A stretch of DNA of 64,000 bases from Caldilineae bacterium (GTDB lineage Bacteria > Chloroflexota > Anaerolineae > DUEN01), in assembly GCA_011176545.1 (NCBI GenBank), contig DUEN01000009.1, forward strand, positions 9,510-73,509, read 5' to 3'. The translations under genes and the position numbers were made by a program. The notes below the pieces were generated by a model, which was not told the DNA's origin, searched no databases, and saw nothing but the letters and a program-made list of their open reading frames with translations. This document shows, one piece after another, positions 35,175 to 43,845 of this stretch. The stretch's first letter is position 1, and each line of letters starts with the position of its first letter.

Positions 35175-36470
35175 ATGTGGATAATCTCTTCTCCGTTGGG
35201 ACGGCGGGTCAGCGTGTTCTGTCTCGCCACAGCGCTCCTGTTGGGGCTTGTGGCCCCCGCTGGCCTGGCCCAAGCGGCCCCGCCAATGGAGGCGACCGCC
35301 CTGACCAGGGATTTTGAGCCCATCATCGTTCGAGGGGGTCAGGCTCCCCTATTATCCGGCGCCCCGCTGGATCAGATCTTCGTCTACCGGGAGGTCGGAG
35401 GCATCTGGGAACAGATCCCGTTTCAGATCGACGAGCTCACGGCGTCAGGCACCTACACGGCTACCGAGGATGGGGTCTGGGATGCCAATGACGAGGTTGT
35501 CTTCATGGCCGGCGATCTGGGAGATCGAGCGACGACCTCCATCGTTGCTGCTCTGCCGATTACCGGGCTGTGGTACGAGGTGGAAGTCAGAGATCCCACC
35601 AACCCGTCGCAAAGGGGATGGGCTTACATCGTCCGTTCGACGGTGCTGACGGATAGTGTCGCCACAGATTACGTGGATTACCTCGCCCCGAATCGACGGG
35701 TGCGGGCGCGGAGCTACGAGGTCGGTTGGGCCGCGTCTCACGCGGGGCTGGACTATATGACCCTGTTCGGCGGTGATGATATCCTCGATCGCACGAAGCT
35801 GCGCGTGAAGTACCGCATATGGCCGCTGCCCCAGCGATGGGTGTTGACGGAGGACAACCTGCCGGCCCCCGAGCTTCGGCTGGTCAAGGACGGCCCCGTC
35901 CGCGTGATCGTCCAGCGCGGCGGGGCGACGACGCTGGCTTATGCATCGCTGTTGCAGACGACGAGCCTGATTGACCTCTCCGGGCTGCCCGGGAACGTCA
36001 TCATCGATGAGATCCGTGTCTCCTCCGATCTGACCGGGACCATCACGAACGCCACTTTTTACAATGAGAACGTCCCGGCTGGGGTGACCATCGACGGCAC
36101 GCCGGATGCGGTGCCGACTACGCCGTTCACCCATCCCTGGCGTCAGATCAGCCTGGACGATGGCACGATCGTTCAGGTCGTCAGCCTGGGGGAGACGGGG
36201 GGCACGCTGAGCCACTACTACAAGGATGACGCGACGGTGGATCCCGATGACACGGGCGACCATCAATCGTTTGGCGATTCCGGCGTATTGGTGGTCGGCC
36301 CAACGGAGCGGATCTTCTCCGTCAAGAGCGTCCAGTACATCCTGCCGGGCCGGCAGAGTAACCGAGGTGCCGAGTTCTATGGGATATTCCAAAGTCCGCT
36401 CCAGGTCACCGTTCGCGCTCAGGCGCGGTACCATCTCTTCGCCCCATCCGTGCTCAGGGGGCAGGGATAA
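35175..36470 (+). CDS. Secreted protein of unknown function
   Basis: GGGAGGTG RBS. Signal peptide VFCLATALLLGLVAPAGLAQA. I recognised no family motif. Coding strand chosen over antisense ORF 35445-36434. Confidence 0.55.
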   Translation: MWIISSPLGRRVSVFCLATALLLGLVAPAGLAQAAPPMEATALTRDFEPIIVRGGQAPLLSGAPLDQIFVYREVGGIWEQIPFQIDELTASGTYTATEDGVWDANDEVVFMAGDLGDRATTSIVAALPITGLWYEVEVRDPTNPSQRGWAYIVRSTVLTDSVATDYVDYLAPNRRVRARSYEVGWAASHAGLDYMTLFGGDDILDRTKLRVKYRIWPLPQRWVLTEDNLPAPELRLVKDGPVRVIVQRGGATTLAYASLLQTTSLIDLSGLPGNVIIDEIRVSSDLTGTITNATFYNENVPAGVTIDGTPDAVPTTPFTHPWRQISLDDGTIVQVVSLGETGGTLSHYYKDDATVDPDDTGDHQSFGDSGVLVVGPTERIFSVKSVQYILPGRQSNRGAEFYGIFQSPLQVTVRAQARYHLFAPSVLRGQG

Positions 36471-36644
36471 GGCGTTCGCTCATTAGGAACACGCGATGTG
36501 GTAGGGGCGAGGCCATAGGCTTCCTCTTCCGGGTGTGGCCGCCTTTGGAGGGGGAAAGATGGCAGGAGAGGGCCTCACCCGTGCGGTTAAGAGTGGGCAC
36601 AGCGTCGCCGTGTCTCTACGAAAGTCGAGTCTATGTCGCGTGTA

Positions 36645-36653
36645 TGCTAATAT
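36645..36653 (+). promoter_or_regulatory. Candidate extended -10 promoter element (TGcTAATAT) for the efflux operon
   Basis: TGCTAATAT at 36645-36653, about 65 nt upstream of ATG 36716. No good -35 seen. Confidence 0.35.
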
Positions 36654-36662
36654 GGAAGTGAA

Positions 36663-36678
36663 GCGCAGCATGCTGCGC
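36663..36678. repeat. 16-bp perfect palindrome GCGCAGCATGCTGCGC just downstream of the candidate -10
   Basis: Read directly from the sequence. Candidate operator or 5'-UTR hairpin. Confidence 0.5.
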
Positions 36679-36715
36679 CCCTACCATGGGCATGCGTTCC
36701 GTTAAGGGGTAAGAC

Positions 36716-38275
36716 ATGTGCAAGGGCTTGCTGTCCGTCCGGTATGTGATCGTGATCGCCATCATCGTCGTGATCGCGATCGGATGTCAGCGCGTGAGCG
36801 ATGGCCAGAGCCTGGGGAAGGCGCCGGACGATTTGCAGATCGCCCGGGTGCAACGGGGCACCATCGTGGCCACGGTATTCGCCGTGGGCAACGTCGCCCC
36901 GGACCGGGAGGCGCATCTGGCCTTTCCCATCATGGGGACGGTGCGGAGCGTCGATGTGTCCGTGGGTGATCGCGTTGAGGCGGGACAGGTCCTGGCCTCG
37001 CTGGATACGACCGACCTGGAGCGCGAGCTCGCCAACGCCGAGCTCAACCTGGCGATCCGTGAGGCGGAGCTGGCTCGGTTGAAGGCGGGACCATCTGAGA
37101 CGGATCTGGCGGCCGCCCAGGCGGCTCTGAAGGCCGCCCAGGAGGCCCTGGCGGCGATCCAGGCGGGTCCCAGCGAGGCGGAGGTGGCCGTGGCCAGGTC
37201 CGCGCTTAGGATGGCGCGGGAACGCTATGAGCGATTGAAGTCTCAGCCTGATCCGGAGGCCGTTCGACAGGCTGAACTACAATTGGAGCAGGCGAGAAAC
37301 AGCCTGTGGCATGCCCAGGCACAACGCGATGCGATCTGCGGCATGGAAGGGATGAAGTCCCTGTGTGAGGCCTTCGAGGCCGAAGTGGGCAACAGGCACG
37401 TCGCTGTGCAGATGGCTGAGTTGGCCTTAGAGCAAGCCAAGACGCCCGCGAGCGAGACCGAGTTGCAGGAGGCGTGGGCACAGGTGCAGTTAGCTCAGGA
37501 GAGGCTGGACAAGCTCCTGGCAGGACCGGATCCGGCGGAACTGGCGGCGGCCGAGGAGCGGGTCGCTCAAGCGCGGGCGCGGCTCGAGGCGTTGACGTCA
37601 GGCCCCTCACCGGAGGAGCTGCGGATCGCTGAAGCGCGAGTGCAGCAGGCCCAATTGGCGTTGCAACAGGCTCGGGAGAATCTGGCGGATGCCAGGCTGA
37701 TCGCCCCCTTCGCGGGACTCATCACCTCGGTCAATTATCGGGTGGGCGATGCGGTCAGGCCGAACCTGGCTGGCATCACGCTGGTCGATCCATCGACATT
37801 GAACATCAAGGTCAACGTCGCCGAGGTGGATGTCGCTCGGGTCCAGATCGGACAGGAGGCGGAGGTCATCCTGGACGCCATGCCGGACCGCCCGATTAAA
37901 GGAGAGGTGATCAGCATCGCGCCGGCAGCGCGTTCCGAGCAGGGCGTGGTGAACTACCCGGTCACCGTCCGGCTCATGGAAGCTCTCCCGGAGGTTAAGC
38001 CAGGCATGACGGGTAACGTAAGGATCATGGTCGGACAGCGCGAGGATGTCCTCCTCGTGCCCAATCGTGCTATCCGTCGCATCCGGGGACAACACGTGGT
38101 GATCGTGCTGAAGGGGGATGAGCTGATCGAGACCCCCATACGCATCGGCCTGAGCAACGATACCGTCACCGAGGTTCTGGAGGGGCTTAAGGAAGGGGAT
38201 CGCGTCGTACTTAACCCCACAACGATCCGCTCGGGCCTGGGAAGCGGACTGCTCCAGGGTGGGGCTGGAGATTAA
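36716..38275 (+). CDS. HlyD/MacA-like periplasmic adaptor (membrane fusion protein)
   Basis: N-terminal transmembrane helix VIVIAIIVVIAIGC. Long coiled coil with repeated GPSE/GPDP-x-EL-x-AA units. C-terminal beta-barrel region ending VTEVLEGLKEGDRVVLNP. Confidence 0.8.
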   Translation: MCKGLLSVRYVIVIAIIVVIAIGCQRVSDGQSLGKAPDDLQIARVQRGTIVATVFAVGNVAPDREAHLAFPIMGTVRSVDVSVGDRVEAGQVLASLDTTDLERELANAELNLAIREAELARLKAGPSETDLAAAQAALKAAQEALAAIQAGPSEAEVAVARSALRMARERYERLKSQPDPEAVRQAELQLEQARNSLWHAQAQRDAICGMEGMKSLCEAFEAEVGNRHVAVQMAELALEQAKTPASETELQEAWAQVQLAQERLDKLLAGPDPAELAAAEERVAQARARLEALTSGPSPEELRIAEARVQQAQLALQQARENLADARLIAPFAGLITSVNYRVGDAVRPNLAGITLVDPSTLNIKVNVAEVDVARVQIGQEAEVILDAMPDRPIKGEVISIAPAARSEQGVVNYPVTVRLMEALPEVKPGMTGNVRIMVGQREDVLLVPNRAIRRIRGQHVVIVLKGDELIETPIRIGLSNDTVTEVLEGLKEGDRVVLNPTTIRSGLGSGLLQGGAGD

Positions 38276-38298
38276 GCTCGTCGAGAGGGAGATGCGGC

Positions 38299-39585
38299 AT
38301 GGTGAGGGCTATGATCGTGAGGCTGGAGAGGCCGGAGATCGCCAAACTGGTGACGATCACGCTGGTCGCCGGGCGTAGCCTGTCTGCCAACAAGTTACGA
38401 TCAGCCCTGACCATGTTGGGGATCATCATCGGCGTCGCGGCGGTGATCACGATGCTCTCTATCGGGCGTGGCGCCCAGGAGGCGATCCATTCGCAACTGC
38501 GCGGCCTGGGCACGAACCTGCTCTTCGTGTTGCCGGGCAGCGCGTCCGTCGGCGGCATTCGGGCGGAGACCGGCACCGCAGGGACGCTCACGCTGGAGGA
38601 TGCCTACGCGCTGATGGATCCCATCAACGTCCCCGCCGTGCTCGCGGTGGCTCCCACCTGGAGCGGCATAGGCCAGGTGGTGTATCAGGGCGCGAACCTG
38701 CGTACCCGTATCCTGGGGGTGACCCCTGAGTTCGAGACGGTGCGCAACGCTCGCGTGTCAACTGGCGAGTTCATTCAGCCCGCCCATGTGGCCAGCCGCA
38801 GCAACGTCGTGTTGTTAGGCAGCGTGGTACAAGAGCGGCTCTTCGGCGATCAGGATCCGATCGGACAATGGATTCGCATCAATAACCTGCCTTTTCGCGT
38901 CATCGGCACGCTGGAGAGTAAGGGGGTGACCGGTTTCATCAATCAGGATGACGTGGTGCTGGTTCCCATCACGACCGCCTTGAGCCGCTTGGACCCGGGG
39001 AGATCCTATCGTGGAGCGAACGTCATCACGGGGATCAACGTCCAGGTCGTCAGCGCCGATCTGTTGGATGAGGCGACGGAGCAAATCAGCGCCGTGCTTC
39101 GGAGGCGCCATCATGTGCTTTACGAGGATGACTTCGCCGTCATCGGCCAGAACGAGCTTATGAAGACGGCCAATCAGATCATCGCGATCTTCACGTTCTT
39201 CCTGGGCGGTGTGGCCGCCATCTCCCTGATCGTCGGCGGTATCGGCATCATGAACATCATGTTGGTCTCGGTCACGGAGCGGACCAGGGAGATCGGAATT
39301 CGCAAGGCGGTGGGGGCCACGCGGAGGGACATCCTGGTGCAATTTCTCATGGAAGCGATCACCTTGACCCTGGTGGGCGGGGTCATCGGCGTGCTGCTGG
39401 GCAGCGGCGTGACGGCCCTCGTCTCCGAGGTGGACCTCGGAGGGGTGACGTTAAATCCGACCATTGGCCTGGACGCGGTGCTGCTGGCCATAGGGTTCTC
39501 CGCGGCCGTAGGTATCATATTCGGCTTATATCCCGCCAGACGAGCCGCCTATCTTAACCCCATCGAGGCGCTGCGTTACGAGTGA
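38299..39585 (+). CDS. MacB/FtsX-type ABC transporter permease (no nucleotide-binding domain)
   Basis: LRSALTMLGIIIGVAAVI, periplasmic MacB-core region, C-terminal FtsX helices with REIGIRKAVGA. Confidence 0.8.
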   Translation: MVRAMIVRLERPEIAKLVTITLVAGRSLSANKLRSALTMLGIIIGVAAVITMLSIGRGAQEAIHSQLRGLGTNLLFVLPGSASVGGIRAETGTAGTLTLEDAYALMDPINVPAVLAVAPTWSGIGQVVYQGANLRTRILGVTPEFETVRNARVSTGEFIQPAHVASRSNVVLLGSVVQERLFGDQDPIGQWIRINNLPFRVIGTLESKGVTGFINQDDVVLVPITTALSRLDPGRSYRGANVITGINVQVVSADLLDEATEQISAVLRRRHHVLYEDDFAVIGQNELMKTANQIIAIFTFFLGGVAAISLIVGGIGIMNIMLVSVTERTREIGIRKAVGATRRDILVQFLMEAITLTLVGGVIGVLLGSGVTALVSEVDLGGVTLNPTIGLDAVLLAIGFSAAVGIIFGLYPARRAAYLNPIEALRYE

Positions 39586-39591
39586 ATCGAT

Positions 39592-39612
39592 GCGGTGATC
39601 CCATGTCACCGC
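39592..39612. terminator. Weak hairpin between convergent genes
   Basis: GCGGTGA / TCACCGC 7-bp stem, 7-nt loop, no clear U-tract. Confidence 0.25.
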
Positions 39613-39670
39613 AGAGATGTCGAGGGCGCAGAGGGCCCTTCTATTCTCTTCCTCCTTCCTCCTCGCATGC

Positions 39671-40867
39671 CTACCAGTCCACGTGGCGGCGTTCCTCCAC
39701 GACGCGCCTGTACACATCCACCGTCAGGCCGGCGATGCGATCCCAGTTATACAGCTCGAGCACCATCCGGTAGGCGTTCTCCGCTCGTTGGCGCGCCCAA
39801 TCCGGCCGGGAGAGGGTGTGCACGATCCCCCAGGTCAGCGAATCCGGGTTATCCGGGTAAACGGTGATCCCCGTCTCCGCGTGTTTGACTACTTCCTTCA
39901 ATCCGCCCACCTCGGAGACCACCACGGGGCACTTCGCGGCCATGGCCTCCAACGCCACGATCCCGAACGGCTCGTACAAAGAGGGGAATACGGCACAGGC
40001 CGCCAGATGGAAAAGGCGATTGCGGTCCTCATCGGAGATGAAACCGGTGAACAGGACCTTCTCGCCGACGTTGAGCTCCCAGGCCCGATGGCGGAGCTGA
40101 TCGAGCAGGGGACCGCGGCCGGCGATCACGAACTTGGCGGACGGCTCCTGCGCTAGCACGCGAGGTACAGCCTCCACCAGGACATGAACGCCCTTTTCAT
40201 ACACGATCCGTCCCACGTTGAAGACGATCTGCTCCTCGGGGAGGGCGTACATGGCGCGGAAGCCCGTCAGGTCCTCGTGGGCGACGGCCTGGAAGGGCGT
40301 CGGATCCACCCCGTTGGGGATGACGTCGATCTTGTCGGCCGGGCAGTTGAAGAACTCCCGTATCTCGCCCGCCATGTACTCGGAGCAGGCGATGACCCGC
40401 CACGCCTCATAGGTCAGCCACCACTCCACGTGATGGATCGCGCGGGCCTGGTCGCTGTTGAGTTGCCCCCGGCCGCGTCCTTTCTCCGTGGCGTGGATCG
40501 TCGCGATCAGCGGCGTCTTATGTGTACGCTTGAGCGCGTTCGCGGTGAAGGCCACCAGCCAGTCGTGAGCATGGATCAGGTCGAAAGGCCCGGCTTGGCG
40601 CCACAGCGTCTCCGCGTATCGCTCCAGCTCCAGATTGGTCTGCCAGGCTGAGGTGTAGATATCACCGCTCACAGGCGGAGGATCGACGCGGTGAATCGTC
40701 ACGCGATCCATGGATTCCGTCGGCGCGCCGCCAGCCCAGCGCGGGGTGATGAGATGAACCTCCATATCCCCGCGGCGGGCCATGGCAGGGAGCAACTCCA
40801 TGACATGCTTGCCCAGTCCCCCTACCACGTGAGGGGGATATTCCCATGAAAGCATCAAAACGCGCAC
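39671..40867 (-). CDS. GT4-family glycosyltransferase (glycogen-synthase / GlgM-like)
   Basis: MRVLMLSWEYPPHVVGGLGKHVMEL. C-terminal EPFGIVALEAMAAKCPVVVSEVGGLKEVV. Confidence 0.8.
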   Translation of the reverse strand: MRVLMLSWEYPPHVVGGLGKHVMELLPAMARRGDMEVHLITPRWAGGAPTESMDRVTIHRVDPPPVSGDIYTSAWQTNLELERYAETLWRQAGPFDLIHAHDWLVAFTANALKRTHKTPLIATIHATEKGRGRGQLNSDQARAIHHVEWWLTYEAWRVIACSEYMAGEIREFFNCPADKIDVIPNGVDPTPFQAVAHEDLTGFRAMYALPEEQIVFNVGRIVYEKGVHVLVEAVPRVLAQEPSAKFVIAGRGPLLDQLRHRAWELNVGEKVLFTGFISDEDRNRLFHLAACAVFPSLYEPFGIVALEAMAAKCPVVVSEVGGLKEVVKHAETGITVYPDNPDSLTWGIVHTLSRPDWARQRAENAYRMVLELYNWDRIAGLTVDVYRRVVEERRHVDW

Positions 40868-40911
40868 AGTCGCCTGTCCTCCGTAAGATCAAACTCATTC
40901 ATATCACCGCG

Positions 40912-40953
40912 GAGAACGCAGAGGAGGAAAAAATAGAGAGGCTCTGCGTTCTC
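40912..40953 (-). terminator. Stem-loop downstream of the substrate-binding-protein gene
   Basis: 12-bp perfect stem GAGAACGCAGAG / CTCTGCGTTCTC with an 18-nt loop. No clean U-tract. Confidence 0.4.
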
Positions 40954-41005
40954 GGCGTCTCTGCGATGGGTTAACGTAAGGCGCGCCTCATGGCCGATCG
41001 CCGGT

Positions 41006-42124
41006 TCACGGCACCGGGCCGAAGCGTTCTCCGCCGATGACTTGATATAGATACACTGGGGCGCGGATCCAACTGCCGTCTACGTCGAAGGCGAAAGAGC
41101 CGTTCAGGCCGTCCCAATGGGTCGCGTTGACGGCCGCCATGACGCCTGCTCTGGTGGGGCTCCCATTCTGTCTGATATCCCAGGCGATCGCGTCCAGCAG
41201 CACGTTCGCCGCGTCATAGGCCAGAGCAGCCTCCGGTCCTGGCGGCCCACTCGCCAGCTCTCGATAGCCGTGCACAAAGGCATCCGGCCACACAACGACT
41301 CGCAGGCTGGTCACCCATACCAGGCCCATCGCGGCCGGCCCCGCCCGTTGGAGCACCACCATATGGGCCGCCTCTGGCCCCCCGATGATCGGCCCCTGAT
41401 ACACAGTTCTATCCAGCGATGGTAAGATTTCAGCTACCTGCTCGGGATCTCCTCCCAGCGCGAGGGCCACGCGCGTCGGTGTGGGCTCATCCTGAGGCGC
41501 GAGCTCCAGAACCCCTAGCCGCTCCGCGGCCGCGCGCAACGGCGCGGCGAACGGACCATCTTCCACCACCCTCACTCGTCCATTTCCGCCAGGCGTCGTC
41601 ATCGCCCACCGCACCACGGCCTCGGCCAACGTCTGATCCGAGGCGAAGAGGCGGAACGCGTTGGCATACTCGCGCACCACCTCGTCCGGCACCGAGACCG
41701 GAGCGATCCACGCCAGCCCCGCCTCCGCCAAGGCCGGCGCGGCCGCGGCCGCCGTGGAGCGGCTCAGCGGGCCGATCACCCCGACCACATCGGGATCGAC
41801 GGCCAACTTGCGCGCCTGGAGGGCGGCCTCCTTTGGATCCCCATCATCGTTCAAGGCTACTAGCATCACCCCGTAGCCCGCGACCCCGCCCGCTGCGTTA
41901 CGCTCGCGCAGGGCCAGCTTCACCGCGTATAGGGCCGCGTACCCATCAGGTCGATATAAGCCCTCAAACGGAGCGATCATGCCGATCTTGACGATCGGCG
42001 GGGTAGATCGCGGCAGCGTGCAACCCAGCAGGGATAACGAAAGCAATAAGGCGGGGAGCATGTGTATCAAGCCCTCTGTGAAGCCCACGAGGGCTTTCCC
42101 TGCCAGGCGAGCCCGGGCATCCAT
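41006..42124 (-). CDS. LivJ-like (type I periplasmic binding fold) lipoprotein, orphan
   Basis: Lipobox LSLLGC. VKIGMIAPFEGLYRPDGYAALYAVKLALRERN, VMLVALNDDGDP. Start may be 42124 or 42061. Confidence 0.7.
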   Translation of the reverse strand: MDARARLAGKALVGFTEGLIHMLPALLLSLSLLGCTLPRSTPPIVKIGMIAPFEGLYRPDGYAALYAVKLALRERNAAGGVAGYGVMLVALNDDGDPKEAALQARKLAVDPDVVGVIGPLSRSTAAAAAPALAEAGLAWIAPVSVPDEVVREYANAFRLFASDQTLAEAVVRWAMTTPGGNGRVRVVEDGPFAAPLRAAAERLGVLELAPQDEPTPTRVALALGGDPEQVAEILPSLDRTVYQGPIIGGPEAAHMVVLQRAGPAAMGLVWVTSLRVVVWPDAFVHGYRELASGPPGPEAALAYDAANVLLDAIAWDIRQNGSPTRAGVMAAVNATHWDGLNGSFAFDVDGSWIRAPVYLYQVIGGERFGPVP

Positions 42125-42125
42125 G

Positions 42126-43379
42126 TCACCGTCCCTGGTAGCGCTTGATGTTGGCCTGGTGCTCTTCCAACGTGCGAGCGAAGACGTGGCCGCCATCGCC
42201 AGTAGCGACGAAGTAGAGGTAATCCGTATCCGCGGGGCGTATGACGGCCTCGATGGCCGAGAGCCCTGGGCTGCAGATGGGGCCAGGGGGGAGCCCCGGG
42301 TTCAAATACGTGTTATAGGGGGAGATCACGCTGCGATACTCTTCGAGCGTCACCGGGCTCTTCCACCACTGGCCCGTGTCCGGCTGATACCCCATCGCAT
42401 ACTGCACCGTGGGGTCGGCGTTAAGGTGCATCCCCTTCGCCAGGCGATTGAAATAGACGCTGGCGACGATAGGGCGTTCCTCGGGCAGGGCGGTCTCCCT
42501 CTCTACGATGGAAGCCAGGGTGAGCACCGTATACAGCGAGAGGCCGCGGGCCGCGGCTTCCTGGCGCAGTTCCGGCGTGACCCGACGATCGAAGTTGTCC
42601 AGGAAGATGCGCAGGATCTCGGCCGGCTGGGCGTTCACAGGGAAGCGATAGGTGTCCGGGAACAGGTAACCCTCCAGGGAGGCCCCCTCGGGTCGGTCAG
42701 TGAGGAAGTCATACCCGCTCAGCCCAACGCTGCTGAGATCGCCGCTCCGCACCAGCGCCAGGAAGGCGTCGCCGTCCGTGACCTCTGCCTGCTCTAACAA
42801 TTCAGCGACCTCCTCCGCGCGCAATCCCTCCGGGATGGTGACGACGACCTCTCGGGCCCGGGCCTGCAGCAGAGCCTGAGCGATCTCGGGGATGGTCATG
42901 CCGGGGGAAAGCTCAAACTCCCCAGCCTCCAGCCTGGCGTCGATCCCCTCGTGACGGATATATAATCGGAACAGGTCGGCGTCAGTGATGAGCCCCTCCT
43001 GCTCCAGGCGATCCGCGATCTGAGCCGCGGTCTCCCCTGGTGACACCGTAAATCGCACTCGCGTGGTCGTCTCCGCGGCGGGACGCATCAGATCCGCCTC
43101 ACGAAAACGGAGGTAAAGCTCGATGACATAATCCTCAAGAGTCGCCAGCGTGAGGGGGCGCGGCGTGCCGGGCTGAGCGAGAGCCAGCGCGCGCTCAGGA
43201 TCGGGCTTATCCGCCCATTGCTCCTGAAGGTGTGCCCAGGCGATCGCGCCCGAGCCGATGACGGTGCCGATGGTCAAGAGAAACACCAGGGAGCGCAGGA
43301 TTAAGCCCAACAGGATCAGCGATCGAGACCCAGAGGGCGTGGCTTGTGACGCTCGTGATGGGCGTGGCATCGGCTGCAT
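42126..43379 (-). CDS. mltG: Endolytic murein transglycosylase MltG (YceG family)
   Basis: N-terminal transmembrane helix. LEGYLFPDTYRF, LASIVERE, YNTYLNPGLPPGPICSPG. ATG 43379 chosen to avoid overlap with ruvX. Confidence 0.85.
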   Translation of the reverse strand: MQPMPRPSRASQATPSGSRSLILLGLILRSLVFLLTIGTVIGSGAIAWAHLQEQWADKPDPERALALAQPGTPRPLTLATLEDYVIELYLRFREADLMRPAAETTTRVRFTVSPGETAAQIADRLEQEGLITDADLFRLYIRHEGIDARLEAGEFELSPGMTIPEIAQALLQARAREVVVTIPEGLRAEEVAELLEQAEVTDGDAFLALVRSGDLSSVGLSGYDFLTDRPEGASLEGYLFPDTYRFPVNAQPAEILRIFLDNFDRRVTPELRQEAAARGLSLYTVLTLASIVERETALPEERPIVASVYFNRLAKGMHLNADPTVQYAMGYQPDTGQWWKSPVTLEEYRSVISPYNTYLNPGLPPGPICSPGLSAIEAVIRPADTDYLYFVATGDGGHVFARTLEEHQANIKRYQGR

Positions 43380-43386
43380 GAATCCC

Positions 43387-43845
43387 TCACTCCTCGTCCG
43401 GTTCCGGAGGTTCAGGCAGGAGTGCTGGGCCTCGCCTGGCCTCCAGCCACTCCTCCAGGATAACGGCCGCTGCGGTCGCGTCCAGGCCAGCGCGACCCGA
43501 GCTGCCCACGGCGCGGAGCCGCTCCTCCGCGATCTGCGTGGACAGGCGTTCGTCCCACAGCTCCACCGGCGGCCCATCCGGACCCAGGGCTTCCGCCAGA
43601 CGTTGTGCGAACCGTTCACTGACTCGTGCCTGCGCACTTACGCTGCCGTCCATATGCACAGGGTGACCGACGATGATGCGGGTCACGCCGCGCTCGCGCG
43701 CCAATTGCATGATGGCCGCGAGGTCCCTGGCCAGGGAGCGACGCTTTAGGGTCACCACAGGGGTCGCCAGGATACCCAGCGCGTCGGAAATGGCCACCCC
43801 TATGCGGCGCTCACCCACATCTAGAGCCATCACAGGGCCGATCAT
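43387..43845 (-). CDS. ruvX: Holliday-junction resolvase-like nuclease RuvX (YqgF)
   Basis: MALDVGERRIGVAISD, IIVGHPVHMDGS. Start/stop overlap with the upstream gene at 43842-43845. Confidence 0.8.
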   Translation of the reverse strand: MIGPVMALDVGERRIGVAISDALGILATPVVTLKRRSLARDLAAIMQLARERGVTRIIVGHPVHMDGSVSAQARVSERFAQRLAEALGPDGPPVELWDERLSTQIAEERLRAVGSSGRAGLDATAAAVILEEWLEARRGPALLPEPPEPDEE

